Positions 9,841 through 23,912 of a DNA stretch of 64,000 bases are shown one piece after another. A program made the position numbers and the translations under genes. Positions within the stretch are counted from its first letter, which is position 1. Each line of letters begins with the position of its first letter. A model generated the notes under the pieces. It saw only the letters and a program-made list of their open reading frames with translations. It did not search any database and was not told where the DNA came from. Source of the DNA: Catajapyx aquilonaris. Taxonomy: Eukaryota. The stretch spans positions 1-64,000 of the forward strand of contig KZ538404.1 of the NCBI GenBank assembly GCA_000934665.2, in the 5' to 3' direction.

Positions 9841-12800
9841 TATTGATTTATGTTACTTATTGCGAATACCTCTGCTGTGTCGCAATACTCGTGGGGAACG
9901 CAAAGGAACTGAAATATTTTTGTGGCCTTTTCTCCCAAGTTTGAATCCTTTTATATTCAAGAAAAGTGGCATTGGAGGCATGGAAATGGTGTTGAGCGTG
10001 CCTTTTATCCTGGTCAGGGCGATTAACTAAGCACCTCTTTTGTACTGCATGGAAGGCGACTCTCCTGGGGCTGCAGCTCGATCGAAATACCGAGTTTTCC
10101 GAACATGCCAGCCCGAAGTCAATGCTATTCAAGATTTTTGACTCATTATAACTAACCTAGGAGTAACCCATGCACTCTAAAGACACCAATTGACATCTAC
10201 CAAGTGGTTGGCTTTAAAGAACTTACCAAAGGCCACAACCTACCCGATTAAAGATCCCAAAGGAGCATCCAATTTTTTACAGCGTTTTCCCAATGTCCGA
10301 AGAGGGAGGAAACCCCATTTGCTTGGACGTTATTTCGCTAATATGGCGTTTAGACCTACGTTGTTTAGAAATCAGGGCGTATTGAAAGAGTATCAAGCGG
10401 ACTTTATGGTATGCTGTAATGGACAGTAAAGATAAAAGAATCAGGAAGGGGTCTAAGAACCGCGGGAAGGTCAAAGCAACCGTGTCATTCCTGCTGACAA
10501 CGAGGATGATATGAATAATGGTCTTTCATCGATGCTCTCATTATTGCTAGGCCTCTGGCTCAGTTTGTGAATATTATAATGCTATTTCTGTTGCCCCCAA
10601 GAAAGTTAGCTGATTAATGTGTATTACAGAATTAGTGATGAGGCCGGACAGCGTGTTGTAGGTCATAAAATTGTGGATACGATACATTTTTATACGACAT
10701 TAATTAACATCTGATCATTGGTAACTGTTACTAAATTATTAACAGCCTATTACTGCTCCGGGTCAGGTACAGACTGAACATTAGATGTATTTTTCTACAG
10801 CCGCATGCCATAACCGCTGTTAATTATTCCGTCGATAATGATTGAATAATTCATTTCATTATACCATTGCGGATGTGACTGTGCCTGCAATTATAATATT
10901 TTAAAAACACGCCCTGAATCTCATTATGGCCTAGGTCTTGGTTAGAAATGGTCGAAAAATGTCAACTAGATTATTTGGAACCTGGCAGCCAATATGCAAC
11001 GGTGATGACGAGGTCTACATATAGGCTGTCACATTTCAATATTTGCCTTGACGCTAGTAGGCCTAATAAAAACAACACGAATGTTAATAGTGTCAACACT
11101 GTTCATTACAAACTAATGCCGTCCATGAAAAGTCCTTCCATTAACCCAGAACGACAAACGATATAATCCAATGATCGTAATGGGAAGGACACTTTTCACC
11201 CTCGCGCCGTACAAATTGCTCTGGCGATGCAATTACCTGGTTGGGAGTCGAGAGACGTTGTTTTGCAGTCGAAGAGTTGAAGAGAAAAAGAAGTTGGGGG
11301 GGGGGGGGGGNAAAAACCGTTTCCACGCATAGTACGCTTCAGTCTCCATTTCCATCACCCACGGAGCTTTGCGTATTGCGATTTAGTTTGAAAATTGTGG
11401 AAATGGATGGATGAGTGCGTGACTTGGGTCTGCCACAAACGAGCCATACCAAATGAAGTGATGAGAAAAGTATAGCACACTTGTGGCGCCTCCTGGTAAA
11501 GCAACTTGGCTGCGAAAAAGTGCATCATCTAGAAATGTGAGGGATAAAAAATAATGAAATTCTTTTCATATTATTTGGGACGCTCTCGATGGTGCCTTGG
11601 AAATGCAGGGTGCATAATAATTCATATGGTTAGGTTGAGCGATTCGACTATCCGTCAAAAATATTGCGGTGTTTTCGTCATGGCTGGAAACTTTGCTAGT
11701 TGCTTCCACAACATTCGGAACTTTCCAGGCTCAAAAAAGAACTGTGCACACTTAATATCCTAAAGTGCACGATATTACAAGAATTACGTCTTGATTCATT
11801 CAGAGTATAGATTTACTTGACTTTTTTAAAAGTGTTAATTTAGTATAGAGACGCCTTAGAAATCATTGCGCGGAAGTATTGTTGACTTTTTAGGTGTTCC
11901 ATATGAGCAGGACGTGATGCATATTTAGCACCGTCACATCCACTCCCGTTGGCGAACGACAAAATGTCACACTGCATGTCATGGCCTTTGTCAACTGGGA
12001 AGCTTGCCAACAAGAAAATCTCGCGTATACATTTAAAAAAAGTGGATCATATCCTGAAGCACGTCAAAGTTCATACATGTACCCTTTTATAATGTTCTGG
12101 GAGAACAGGGGGTTACACTCTTTCTACGTTGCACTCAGCAAAGATGAGCGCAATTACACTATGCAATTATTTACGGTTTTATGTACTTCACACTACCGCA
12201 TTTTATTATTAATAAGATGAGGAGGGTATTTTCGAAGTGAGCCCTCCTGGTTTTACACATGCATCGCATAGTGCTTGGTATAATGCTGTGTCAGTGCGGT
12301 ACAACAGCGGATGAGACGCCTGCACTATATTCTACAACAACAAACAACAGATGCATAATGTTATGCCTGCTCAGGTCAGATCATTTTGAGAACACCCCTC
12401 TCATATACAGAGTAATCAAAAATTTTGTCCGACTAATGACTATTTATTGGCACTAACTACTAATTTGAGCAGTTATCAAATGTATTATCTAGGGCTAACG
12501 GAATCATCTAAGTATTTCCGATTAGCTCCTGTTTTTGGCTTACTGGAACAAACTGCAGATGAGGCATGAAAGTCCACTATAGCGGCAGGTACCAGTAATG
12601 AAATCTCTTTGGTACGTGTGAACTTATGTGTGAGCATATACCCTTTACTGCCTTTTATTGACTTGGAGTTGAAAGTAGCTCTTTACGCCGGCGGCCGCTG
12701 ATGAGCTGCGCGGCCAGCGAGGAAACACATTTGAGTCAGCTTCATGCTCCTCGCAATTCCCGGCCTTTTCATAATTTTCAAGAGCTGCTTCATTTTCAAC

Positions 12801-14060
12801 CAGACTACTCCTGACTAACTCATGATATTCATGAATTCTGGGGGGATTCAATCGGTGAGGATATTTTGCACAAATACTCCTTTTGTGTGCGGTACTTTAT
12901 GCAAGGAGACTATTTGCAGGCTCATTACGCGTATAAGTCAATTAGATGTCGTAGAGCCGATTTGCTCTAATCTTTCAGTGGAAGAACCGCCAACCAGTCA
13001 TGAATAAAAATCATGTACAACAACGTACTGTACATGACTGACTGGCAAAGTTAGTATTGATTGGGTATAGTGTAACAGTTGACGGTATTCCCTTGTGTAT
13101 ACATGGAAAAATAGATGCCTTGACAAGATGTTGATGGTATCAATGATTTCGGCGACCAAGAGCATATTTTTCAGCTAGATATTATGACTTGTGTTTATTG
13201 CAGCATATTTAATTTGACAATTATTGCAATTGAGAGTACTGAGAAGTATGGTAAAATATTGATAAAAATAATATGGTGTTATTCCAGTGAAACTTTAGGT
13301 TTTCTGTAGGCATCCACATCACATACGGTATTCTAGTAACACGAATCGTACCGAAGGACATCCATTATCATACAAAGAACTGTTTTATAGTACCGTTTAT
13401 ATCTACTGTACATAACGAGGTAATAGCATGATTATAACTCCAGTGTTACATGTCACTGTCTCCTCCAATTTGCGTTTGATAAAATTTGAAAATTGCAAAT
13501 GAGGTAATCAGCTAATGTTGCTGCTGCAATTATGCATGCGCAATTGATTATTGTCGTCTGCTGAAATACACACACCCCATGAGTTTTCTTCAACTTCATA
13601 ATTATAATTATGTAATTACTATATTTTTGACACCCTTATATATTTATAATCAGTAATGTATTAACATTCTGTATTAAGGTTATGATGAATGCAGGCCGAA
13701 TATGTAGAATACTAACCGTATAAGAGTCGTAAGTCATTTGCACTCACTCCTTATGAGATAAATTGCTTTCAAAATTTTTTCAAGGAGGTTGTAATTTCTC
13801 TATCGCAAGATGGATTCGACAATTCTAAAGTACCTTCGATAACTACCTTATGAAAATATGCCTAACTCAACCCGAATGTGATTATGATAGTTCTGCATGT
13901 AATTGTTCATATTAATATTAATCAATTATTAATAACAGTATTTTCTGCCTTTTCAAAACATTCCCTAACGACAAACAATTTCTCTACCGCAGATAGCAAC
14001 TGTGTAAAGTAGGCCACCGTCCAACCAATACAAATGCTTAGGTTACCTATCTGCTAGGAT

Positions 14061-14171
14061 CAGGGATGGAAAAAGAACCGCTTCTTTGGGCGGTAAGCGG
14101 TTCTTTTTCTATCCCTGCACATGGAAAAAAGAAGCGCTTCTTGGAAGGAAGCGGTACTTTTTCCATCCCTG
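14061..14171. mobile_element. hAT-type MITE (111 bp)
   Basis: TIR CAGGGATGGAAAAAG ... CTTTTTCCATCCCTG with exact 8-bp TSD GCTAGGAT (14053-14060, 14172-14179). Confidence 0.92.
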
Positions 14172-16069
14172 GCTAGGATAAACTCTTACGAAGAAAGAGT
14201 AATATCGAGTAATATTCTTCTCACTGTTTTAGCGTTTTGACCTGTTGAGTAGGTCTACCATCTGTCAAAGCAGCAGACTCTAGACTGAGTGACTTCAAAG
14301 TTGTTCTATCGGCATTCAGAAGTCGCTTGGAAATGCAGCATATACCTGTAGCTCTACATTTCCCATTGCCGGTGGGGTCAAGACGCAATTTTTAATGAAC
14401 AAGTTACCGAAAACTTCTATGGGAATCATTTTCAAAAGCCCTGCGGCTGTTCTGTAAGTTTGACTCTGTGGTCTTGCCATAACGTAACAGGTGATTGCCA
14501 TAGAGCGCAAGCACGCTGCACCTCGTCCGTGTTACTACTGTAACAGTGTTTTGTTATTGTTTCCTAAAAACATAATCGTGGGCTAATAGAGGCTGAAAAC
14601 AACGATCAAATTATTGGAATCCTGCAACGAAGCTATGCAATATCCAACTCCTGTACAGGGAATATTCTGTAGGATCTATCACACGCACAGAAATCCTGCT
14701 AGAGGTGTAATATGCCATAGCATATAAGATATACCCGGTACTCCCAATGCTACCATAATTAAGCCTTAATTGCCAGCCGTCACACCATACTTAAGCCTTG
14801 CAGTCAAAAATGATGGAGAGTATTTTGATCTTAGAATAGGCTAAACGCTAAGTGACCGCCCTTCCTAAAGGAAATACGGGAATTACTGACCACCCTGCAT
14901 AGATAGTGGGCATCTGCATGAAACCTTTATTGTATTTTTAAATGCGCATATACTACTACGTATAAGTATACGGTATATGATCTTTTCTGTAACGTCCGTA
15001 ATCCATGAGCATAAAGAGTGTGGGTTCAAGTGCAATGTCTGTGTATAAGCCCATTTTACACTCGGATAGGTAGGTGGACAAAATTGCCACCCAAGGGAAA
15101 GGCGGAGAAACCCCCAACTCCGCACACATTATACAGAGAAGCCAGAGATCCATAACATGAAAATAATCCTCCCATCCGTTAGCTCGAACTTACCTCTGCG
15201 GCGCGGCCTGCGCTTCGGCTCTCCAATGTATCATTATAAAGCGCCATACCATTATTACACGGGACAACGACCCTTTTCAGTTGTTAGACCACTGTTGATG
15301 TATCGCGCACTATAAAGTCGTAGATAGCGATCCCATTGACTAAATTATTTGAATGTAATATTTTTGAAAATGCAGGGTATTGAGTAATCTGGAAAGACTT
15401 GTAGAGTGTCATATCACATTATGCTTCGGTGTATTTAATGTCAAATACGTGCTGATATTTAGTTCACTGCAATGCAATAAAATAACCCAACAGAACAAGG
15501 GCCAAAGTCCAACGGAATAGAAAAAAATGGTGCGTGTGGAGAGTAAAATAATTGTTTGACTCAAAACTAAATCGAATTACTGATTACCTCATTAGAAATA
15601 AACCTGAAAGTACCATCCCAACAATAACAGTTATTGTGCTTCCAATTCCGTGAACAGGTGTACTTTAATAATTCCAAATTGATTACCGTTGACTTCGAAA
15701 TTGCTGTATTGGGCCATTAAAGTCTGATTAGAAGAAGCTTCTGCTGTTTCTACAGGCCTACATTATACAGTACACTGTGTGCTGTTATGCCTTTAGCGTA
15801 GCTAGTTTATAAATTCTTCACATGAAATTATGATATCAATAATGGCATCATTGTATCAAAAAGTCAGAAGCTGATAGTATGCTGGGACAGGATATAATCA
15901 AAGTATCTGGAGTATTGGGACTTTTATTACGTGCTGACATTTTTCACCTGCGTGGAAATATTTCATTTCGATCATGTCGTGACGTTATTTATTTAAGGCC
16001 AAGGGAAAGTCAAACACTTTGTCGTGAGTCTCGTGACTAACTCTGCGGACACTGAAAAACTCTGCAGGG

Positions 16070-16072
<3 letters not shown>

Positions 16073-16100
<28 letters not shown>
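16073..16100. repeat. (TC)14 microsatellite
   Basis: Perfect dinucleotide run. Confidence 0.97.
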
Positions 16101-16151
16101 GACAGGACAAGTTGAAAATCCCTTTTGTTCAATCATACTGTGGTACGCGGA

Positions 16152-16320
16152 CAAGTGGGTAACCACTTCGGTACTCCGGTGTACACCTGCAGTGGTATAC
16201 TCCCAGGTACTCTTCGGTACTCCTTATAGGTAGGCTACTCCTTGGTACTCTTCGGTACTCTTCGGTATTCCTTGAATTTGGTACTCCAGTGTACACTACA
16301 GTCGAGTGGTTAACCCCTTG
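16152..16320 (-). mobile_element. 8-bp-TSD MITE (hAT/P-like), family B copy 1
   Basis: TIRs CAAGTGGGTAACCAC ... GTGGTTAACCCCTTG, exact TSD TACGCGGA, internal GGTACTC repeats. Confidence 0.92.
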
Positions 16321-16554
16321 TACGCGGAACACGAGGAAGTACAGTACACTTTGAAAGGTTTGATTTCAGTGGTCCATTGTATAGGACTGGAACTAGAATG
16401 TCTTTTGTCATGATCTCATGCCTATCTCTCTACACATAAGACATGACATGAACAACCTAACACAAGTAAAGATGACAACGGCATCAACAATATAGCTCAA
16501 AAATGCTGCTAAAACTAGAGTTTAATGAAAATGTCTCGGCAGCCATGGCTAAGC

Positions 16555-16704
16555 CAAAGGGTTAACCACTCGACTAAAAAGTGTACACTATAGTACCAAA
16601 TTCAAGGAGTACCAAGGAGTGCCAAAGAGTACCTAAGGAGTACTGTACCTGGGAGTCCATCACTTGCAGGTGTACACCGGAGTACCGAAGTGGTTACCCC
16701 CTTG
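16555..16704 (+). mobile_element. Family B MITE copy 2
   Basis: CAAAGGGTTAACCACTCGAC ... GTGGTTACCCCCTTG, degenerate TSD GGCTAAGC/TGCTGAGC, inverted relative to copy 1. Confidence 0.9.
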
Positions 16705-16973
16705 TGCTGAGCAATACCTATGTATACTCGATAGAATATGACTGAATTATTAGGTTATATTAGACTCCCTCTTTACAGGAACTCAATATATTATTGTAAT
16801 ATTGTACAATACTGATAATTTTGGTTTGGACTGTTATATTTCATCACGTTGACTTTTCTTTTGATGTCACTCTCTCTGGTAGCCTATTATTTTCGATATT
16901 CACTCAAGAAGCTAAGAAGTAAGAAGATGTTAGTCGTTATTGTTGCTTTACGTTATATGATAAAGTATATATA

Positions 16974-17398
16974 CAGGGTGTATCTGAACTCGGTGCCCCG
17001 ACGTATGTGACTGCCTTCCTAGCCACCAGAGGATCAACTTATGTAGAGGAGTCATTGTGTCTGGGCAGCAGCATTACTGAGATACACTCTTTAGCGATTT
17101 TTGCCTAATCGCTCCTTCCGACTTTTAAATAGAATTTTCTGGTGTAACTAGCCAAAGAGGCCTTACCACCTGTGGGCAACAAACCAACAAAGTCCGGCCC
17201 CCAGACCTTCCAGAGCCTTCTGACTGGGGGAGGGTTCGATGGGTGGCCTAACCGACAGGATATTTTGTACTACATGTTTGCGGCCAATTATCTCCGTAAT
17301 GCGGCGGCCAGACATAATGACTCCTATACTTAAATCGATCCTCTGGTGGCTAGGAAGGCAATCATATACGTCGGGGCACTGAGTTCAGATACACCCTG
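16974..17398. mobile_element. Mariner-like MITE (TACAGGGTG termini)
   Basis: Imperfect TIRs of ~100 bp: CAGGGTGTATCTGAACTCGGTGCCCCGACGTATGTGACTGCCTTCCTAGCCACCAGAGGATC and its reverse complement ending at 17398. TA/TATA flanks. Confidence 0.92.
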
Positions 17399-20300
17399 TA
17401 TACCTTACTGTAGGAGAAGCGCTTTTGTGGTATAAAAAACCCTTAATGAGGCGGTATTATTTTCTTTGCCTATATGATAGACCGCATGACAGCAAGGAGC
17501 ACTTCAAAGGCTGCATTATACAACGTTTTAAAGCGTTTAACTGTTCATTTCGCCATTCACAACATTAATCGATTTCCTCTGTAAGTAACAGATGTCAGTT
17601 TCCCAGAGAGGCAGCTCATATCGTGCACGACAACGATCAAGAGCCTACGGTCATTTGAAAATTCAACTACAAAATTGTAGCCGAATATTACTTCCTCGAT
17701 GAACTGAAATATTGTCTGGGGGCTCACTAATGACATAAACGAACCGTGATGTGAACCATATTGTATCTGTTTTCAAGGCATTGTATTGTGATGCATGGAA
17801 AAAAAGTAATGAGTTGATGGATACGCAAAATGCTTATCTATATAGAGGCTCATCAAATAGCCGGATACTTCACAAAGCTGTGCTGTATATCCAGTCACCC
17901 ATGATGCTGCATGGATTATCAAGGGGTTCAGTAAGCCTATATAGAGGTAAATGAAGCTATATCACTTCAAATTAAAATATTACAAATTAATCCTGTCAGT
18001 GGTATTACGTAAGTGAAGAGGTGGAAACAATGCCTCGAATACCTTGAAAACAATGGTTTCTTTTTTAAAAAAGTTGTATGAAAGAAAATTAAATTCTAGA
18101 TCTAGTGAGTTAGCTTTTTTGATTAATAGTACGTGAATAATATTCCAGGTGGGCATTCAGGCTGTTTAGAATGAACATGACAAGCTGGCACGCTGATACA
18201 ACAGATATTCCTTGTTTTGCAGTGGTTAGGATCTCCCTCACAATGAGCTCGTTGGGTATTCCTTCACATATTCATGTAATACAGTATAGGCCTGTAATAA
18301 ATTTAATACAAGTGACATACACGACTTTGCCTCCATTCTGACACACATGGAAAGTTTGGTCAACTCCAGACATCAATACCAGAAGGAAAGTACAGTTCTG
18401 TGTTAAAGGACGGAGTGCGTTGCAAAGAAATAGCTTAACTTCTACAGTATACTTGGTCAAGGAAGGTAAGCTGCTAGTTCAGAGAGGCAGCCCAGACCTT
18501 TTATATGAAACGGCCAGTTTCACTCGTCTGCTGGAATAAATGACACGAAGTTATTTCAAATGGCTTTGCTTCACTTTTGTCACAATGTCTCTTCCTCCAG
18601 AAACTACTCATCTGAAAATATAGCTGCACCATTGTATGATACAAGCTTTCTAATGTACAGCATGTAGCCAATAATATATAGCACGGTGCCTGTTTCTATG
18701 AAATAAATGATAAGAGTCGATTCATGCAACACTGTAGTGCTGCTAAGAAGTGATTGCTCCATGAAAAGGGCGTCAGATGCAGCAGGCACTTTGCAGACTC
18801 CATATATAAGTTCGTCTGGCACCTGGCAACTTCACCGGAAGCCTGTGGCGACATATGCTCCGGGAGTTGTAGACGACTTTCGGAGTTAAGTTTCCGGTGT
18901 TTAAAGGAGTGCCGGCCTCCGTTTAAGTAAAGTTAAGACTTGGCTACCAAGTGACGCTAATTGGTTGTAGGTTAAACGCGGGATTGATGAGGCTAAATGG
19001 GGAGAATTTAGCAATTCGGAGGCAAATGGGGGAGACTTCCGGGAGGCAAATCTCTGGCGGCCTGACGTCCGCCTCCATTACCACCATTGGAGGCTCCGGC
19101 CAATTGGGATCCGGGGCTGCTAATTTGGCTCGGATAGTTTCTTCGCCTTTAAGGAACTTGGCTGGACATATTTCGTAGACCTGCTGTATTTCTGGGAAAA
19201 TATGAAGGAGGGAAAGGGCGTGGGATTTCACCAGCTGTTTCGTGCCACTTTTCACACTTGCTGTTTTACAGTATGTGCTGCTTGTAGTTTTTTTTTTAAA
19301 CCGACAGTCATACTGGATTGGAATCATAATTCTGGATGTACATAATTATGAAGGTTGTTATATCACGAATCATGGTGACAGGTTTTCAGTGTAAAGCATT
19401 AATAGCCAACATGATACCTTTATTCGATTTATTCCTACCTAAAGTGTTTCGGTTTTTTTCCAGTAATTTCCCTAATTATCTGCAGGATACTAAAATGTGC
19501 ATGACCTCTACCACCATCTCTCGGGGGTTGAGTTCTCAAGGGAAATGCTATTTTCCAAAGTATTGCACTAGCTTTCAGCAGCAGGAGGGAGTACGTCAGT
19601 CCCTGACCTAACCAACCCTAGACTGCTGCATAACTATTCTCTCCTGAGTCCAGCAAGTACTCCTTTAGACAGTATTGCCACATAGTGGAGCGGTGTTGTC
19701 ATAAATGTCAGACAATTACTGCTCAAACTGTTACAACTCAGTAGCACACTGCTGTAGGAAAGGGAGTCATTCCTAATCCACATCTAATTTACTTAATATA
19801 CATGCACAATATATGCATATAATAATAGGTCTACACTTACAATGCATAGATCAACTTTGATCAGAATATGAATGATTGTGCTGCATATCAAATTTTCTTC
19901 TGTAATGAATTTTAAAGAACACAAAGTGTCAAATGTGGAATCTATTTCCAACAAGGCCAGCTCAAAATAGGAACCCTGACTGAATTCCAAATTTGGAAAT
20001 ACTTACCTAGGGTTGAGAAGCACATTAAGATTTTTAGTGTTGATATGGATCCATAACGTGCCTAGACATTACACTTCTCTATTCCATCCCGTGTCCTCCT
20101 CAGAGAAGGAAAGTAGCCTGAGAAGCTATTCCTTGGCACGATCTAGTTTGTTGATTTGTCGGAGTGAAAGGATTTCAATGGAGTGTGACAATGACAGTCG
20201 GTGAAAGATCAGCGAGGTAATCGTGCCTTATCACTGCTTTGTGTCTTGTGACAAATGGGACCGGATGAAAATGGATTCTCTCGGTTTAGATTCCATTTCG

Positions 20301-23300
20301 GAATGACGGAATTGGTCGGATTTTTAGCCGAAATTTTGGCTCATTTCTCCCACTTTTGGTGTCGGTGTGTGGCAGGTAAAGATGGCAGACGTAGCAAAAT
20401 GGCTGGCTGTGTTTAATGAGGCGGGCTCCAAGCGGACATGACAAATGGTCAGACCTAATGGATATGGAAGGAGAAGGTTCAGCCTCGGATTAATCATCAT
20501 TAGGCCCTGGGTGCTAAATTGGTCCCGACTGCGGCGAGTTACGTTTCTTTCGTTCCGAACCGGCCTCCCTAAGCTGAGTTCAGAAATCAAAAAGTCCGTT
20601 CAGAGTCGAGTGACGTATAGGGTGGGCCGTCCATGCTAATTACGTCATGGCAGTGCAGTGGGAAGGTTCAGATTTAATGACGAACGTGCTTCGGTGGCTG
20701 GTGCCCTGATGCTACTGTGCATTCTCATTGCATCAAAAGCAGCATGCACAATTTCATATTAATCATACTATATAATTATTTTAACAGATTGTACAGTATT
20801 AATAGTATTTAGTAGATTGAAACAATTATGGAACAATGGCGTACGGAGGTGATTAAATTCAGTTTTTTCAGAATTTATGATGGTTACCGGTATGTTATAA
20901 TTTTAAAATTCTGGGAGTTGTCATAGTGTCAACCGGTTACGATGAAAGTACTTCCGGTCAAGTATTAGTCAAGCACTCGTTATTTGGTGTACCCTGATGC
21001 ATTTGCACGTGCCTCACAGAAGGAATTTGCTGCAAGTAGTGGCACTCACAGGCTTGACCAAAGAACGAGTGTCCACTACAACACGGTATTTGGACGATAG
21101 TGCAGTATATCACTGTCAATTTTTGCCATGGGTTTCATTTTTGTAGCAAAACTGGTCGTAAACTGACCTAAATATCCGATATATTATCTGAATATTTTGG
21201 CAGATGATGGTGTTCTGTGCTGTTTTCATACGGATAAACGCTGTCGGATGGTCTTGTGTCCACTCTTGACACCACTAACCACCAGTCTCAAAATACAAAT
21301 GGCACCTATGACATTAATGTTTGCTATCAACAGCACAGCCAGTACTGCTCCTATAATATCCCTCCACCTTTTTAGGTCAGTTTGTATATGTCAGAATATT
21401 TATCCCGCAGGAAGGATGGCACAAGTGTCGTTTCTACAATCAATTAGATTGATTAGAGCGTGAAACATAAGCCAGAGGGAGTTATTAAGCGTCCTCTGAA
21501 GCGCACGCATGCGGGGCATCCAAGCGGCGATTTTGCAGGAAAAATGATCTGGAAAATGCATACAAATCGATCGCGGAATGAATTCGGCGGTTGGGCACAG
21601 AATTTGCAACGGGCATTTTTGCAACCGAGTGAAACTATTTTGATTCTCTGCTTTTGTAGAGGGAAAATATTGAAGAGGGTTTTTTCCCCTGGCAAATAAA
21701 TGTAGGACACAGTATTAGCACATGAATTGGCTTGGGATCAAGTTTTGCAGGGGTAATGTCGTTTGGGCAACAACCTGCCGCTGGCACTCTTCATTGCTGC
21801 CTCTAGCTAGGCTTTCGCAATGCATGTCGGTCTCTGCCCTTCAGCCTCTTGTTTCATAAATTCCGTAAATAGGTGAATCTTTTTTGCGTAGATTCCATCC
21901 CCATCTGTGTGTTTTTTTTGGAGGGGGGAGGGGGTTAAAGCACTGCCCAACAGTTGTGGCGTGTGAAACGGCCTACGCATTTGTGATATGCGCGAAATCA
22001 TCCAATGTGCGTCATGTTAGCACATCGTTGTTTGAAGTTATGAATCACACAATGGCAAATAAAAACCCTAATAGCGTTGTGTCATTCTGCCAAGCGTGAC
22101 ATTGTCTCTTCTCAATACTGAAAACAAAGTTCTCATATCAGTCGCGTTAGCCGAACACAACATATACTCAGCCATGGAAACTATGATTGACGGTGACATT
22201 AATAATTATTCATACAATCGTCAGGGTGTTTATTGCAACTTTGATACTTGTGTCCGGATAGGTTTCAGCAATGTTGATTCGGATATAGAGCATCAGATGG
22301 GAGTAAGTGGCAATTTGATGCCATCCTGCTTGGAAGCCCATTACCGTGCGTATAAGTGTGTGCATGCCTACATCCAGAATCCTCTGGGCTTCTAACAGCA
22401 TCCCAAGCAAGGAGCTCTTTTCAGAAACATCCGAATGGGGCTCGACAGAGCAGGGAGCTAAAGCTGCGTGCGCATCACACTATGGACTCCCACTCCGATC
22501 AATGCTACCTTCTACCCCCTTCAGTCCCTAAAGTACATGTGTATGGGTGTGTGTATGCGCATGGTTGTGTGTGTTTGGCTGTTTCAGAGATACTCGGGTT
22601 CACGTACGCCACCGTGCTCCTGGTTTCAAGTGAATGCGCCTGGTTTTTTTTTGGTTTGTTTGTCCTGAGGTAACGTGAATTTTGCGCTAGTGCGTCAAAA
22701 ATGCGATACAGTGGTTGCCAGTTGGCCCCCCTCGTTTCAAATAACACGCTGTTCTGGTCCTTTCTGGGTTGATGCTCAATTTTAGTGTACGTCCGAGCGT
22801 GGTGTATTTCCCATTTGACAATCAGGAAGGGCAAAGAAAGTCGTCTTTTGAAAGTCTTGGGAGGGTTTGCCTTTACAGTCGACAGCACCCTTCGCTTTAG
22901 TTTCCTGCCTGTAAAGAGTCCTGCGTCCTAGGTCAGCGAGGTCACCCGAATGGACACAAATTGTCTTCATCGATCTCTCTCCATCCGGCAACCCTGCGTG
23001 TCTTTTGCCGTCTTGATGCTGCTCGAAAACTTAACGCTGAGGAAAATCTCTTTGGGCGGTTTTAATAGGCTCCCTAATGGGTTTTCTTGTCTCACTTTAG
23101 TAGGCAAAGTTGGACATCCTTTGTGCACCAGCAGTCATGGTGAATGAAAACAAGGCGCATTCACAACATGTTGCCACGATTACTTAAGCACTTGTAGCCG
23201 GGTGAACCACACATAATTGCTGTACCCAGCTGCATCGGCGCCGAAAAGTAAATCAAGCTAGTCGAGTGTCGATTTACCACCAGCTGAAGAAACTTTTTTT

Positions 23301-23684
23301 TTGCAAAAAAAATCTGAAACAGCCTGTATTCAGGACACGTGTCGTTGCTGCATCTCTGCATTTCCATTGGATTTTGCAAAGTCCGAGAAATATTGAATCC
23401 GGCGGAAACGATTTGTTCCAGGGGGGTAATTACAGGCTCAGGCGGCGAGATTGGAAACGCCTGACGTATGCGTAGACATAGACTCGCTCAACCGCATAGC
23501 TTTGATGCCGCTGGGAGTGGGCGGCCAATTGGAAATTCTCTCTTGCCCGGCATATATGCACTACTGTAGTATGCAGATAAAGCCCCAACCTTGCCTCACA
23601 CGCCTGGCTACTTTTGCCAATTATTGCTTGAATTTTGCTTGACGGCCAATACTTGAGATAGTATTCAATAATGACAGTTTTAAC

Positions 23685-23912
23685 CATGGGCGTAGGTTGC
23701 CCTTCCCCTTAAATTTTGGGAAACCATAAAAGTAAAAAAATATATATATAGATTCTTATAAAATATACAATAATGAAAAGCTGGTGACTTTAGTATCAGA
23801 AGTTCAATTTTGTTGTATATTCCAATTAATGTTTGGAATGTTTCCGCCCCCATCGGTCAAGCCTCCCCCCTTCCCAAAGTAAAAAAAAACTAATATCCTG
23901 GCTACGTCCAAA
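23685..23912. mobile_element. hAT-type MITE
   Basis: Termini CATGGGCGTAG ... CTACGTCCAAA (degenerate) with exact 8-bp TSD GTTTTAAC (23677-23684, 23913-23920). Confidence 0.8.

Noticed and set aside
18944..19327. 127-aa minus-strand ORF with an internal pyrimidine-rich acceptor
   Set aside because: No recognisable homology or convincing donor; length is within chance for GC-richer DNA.
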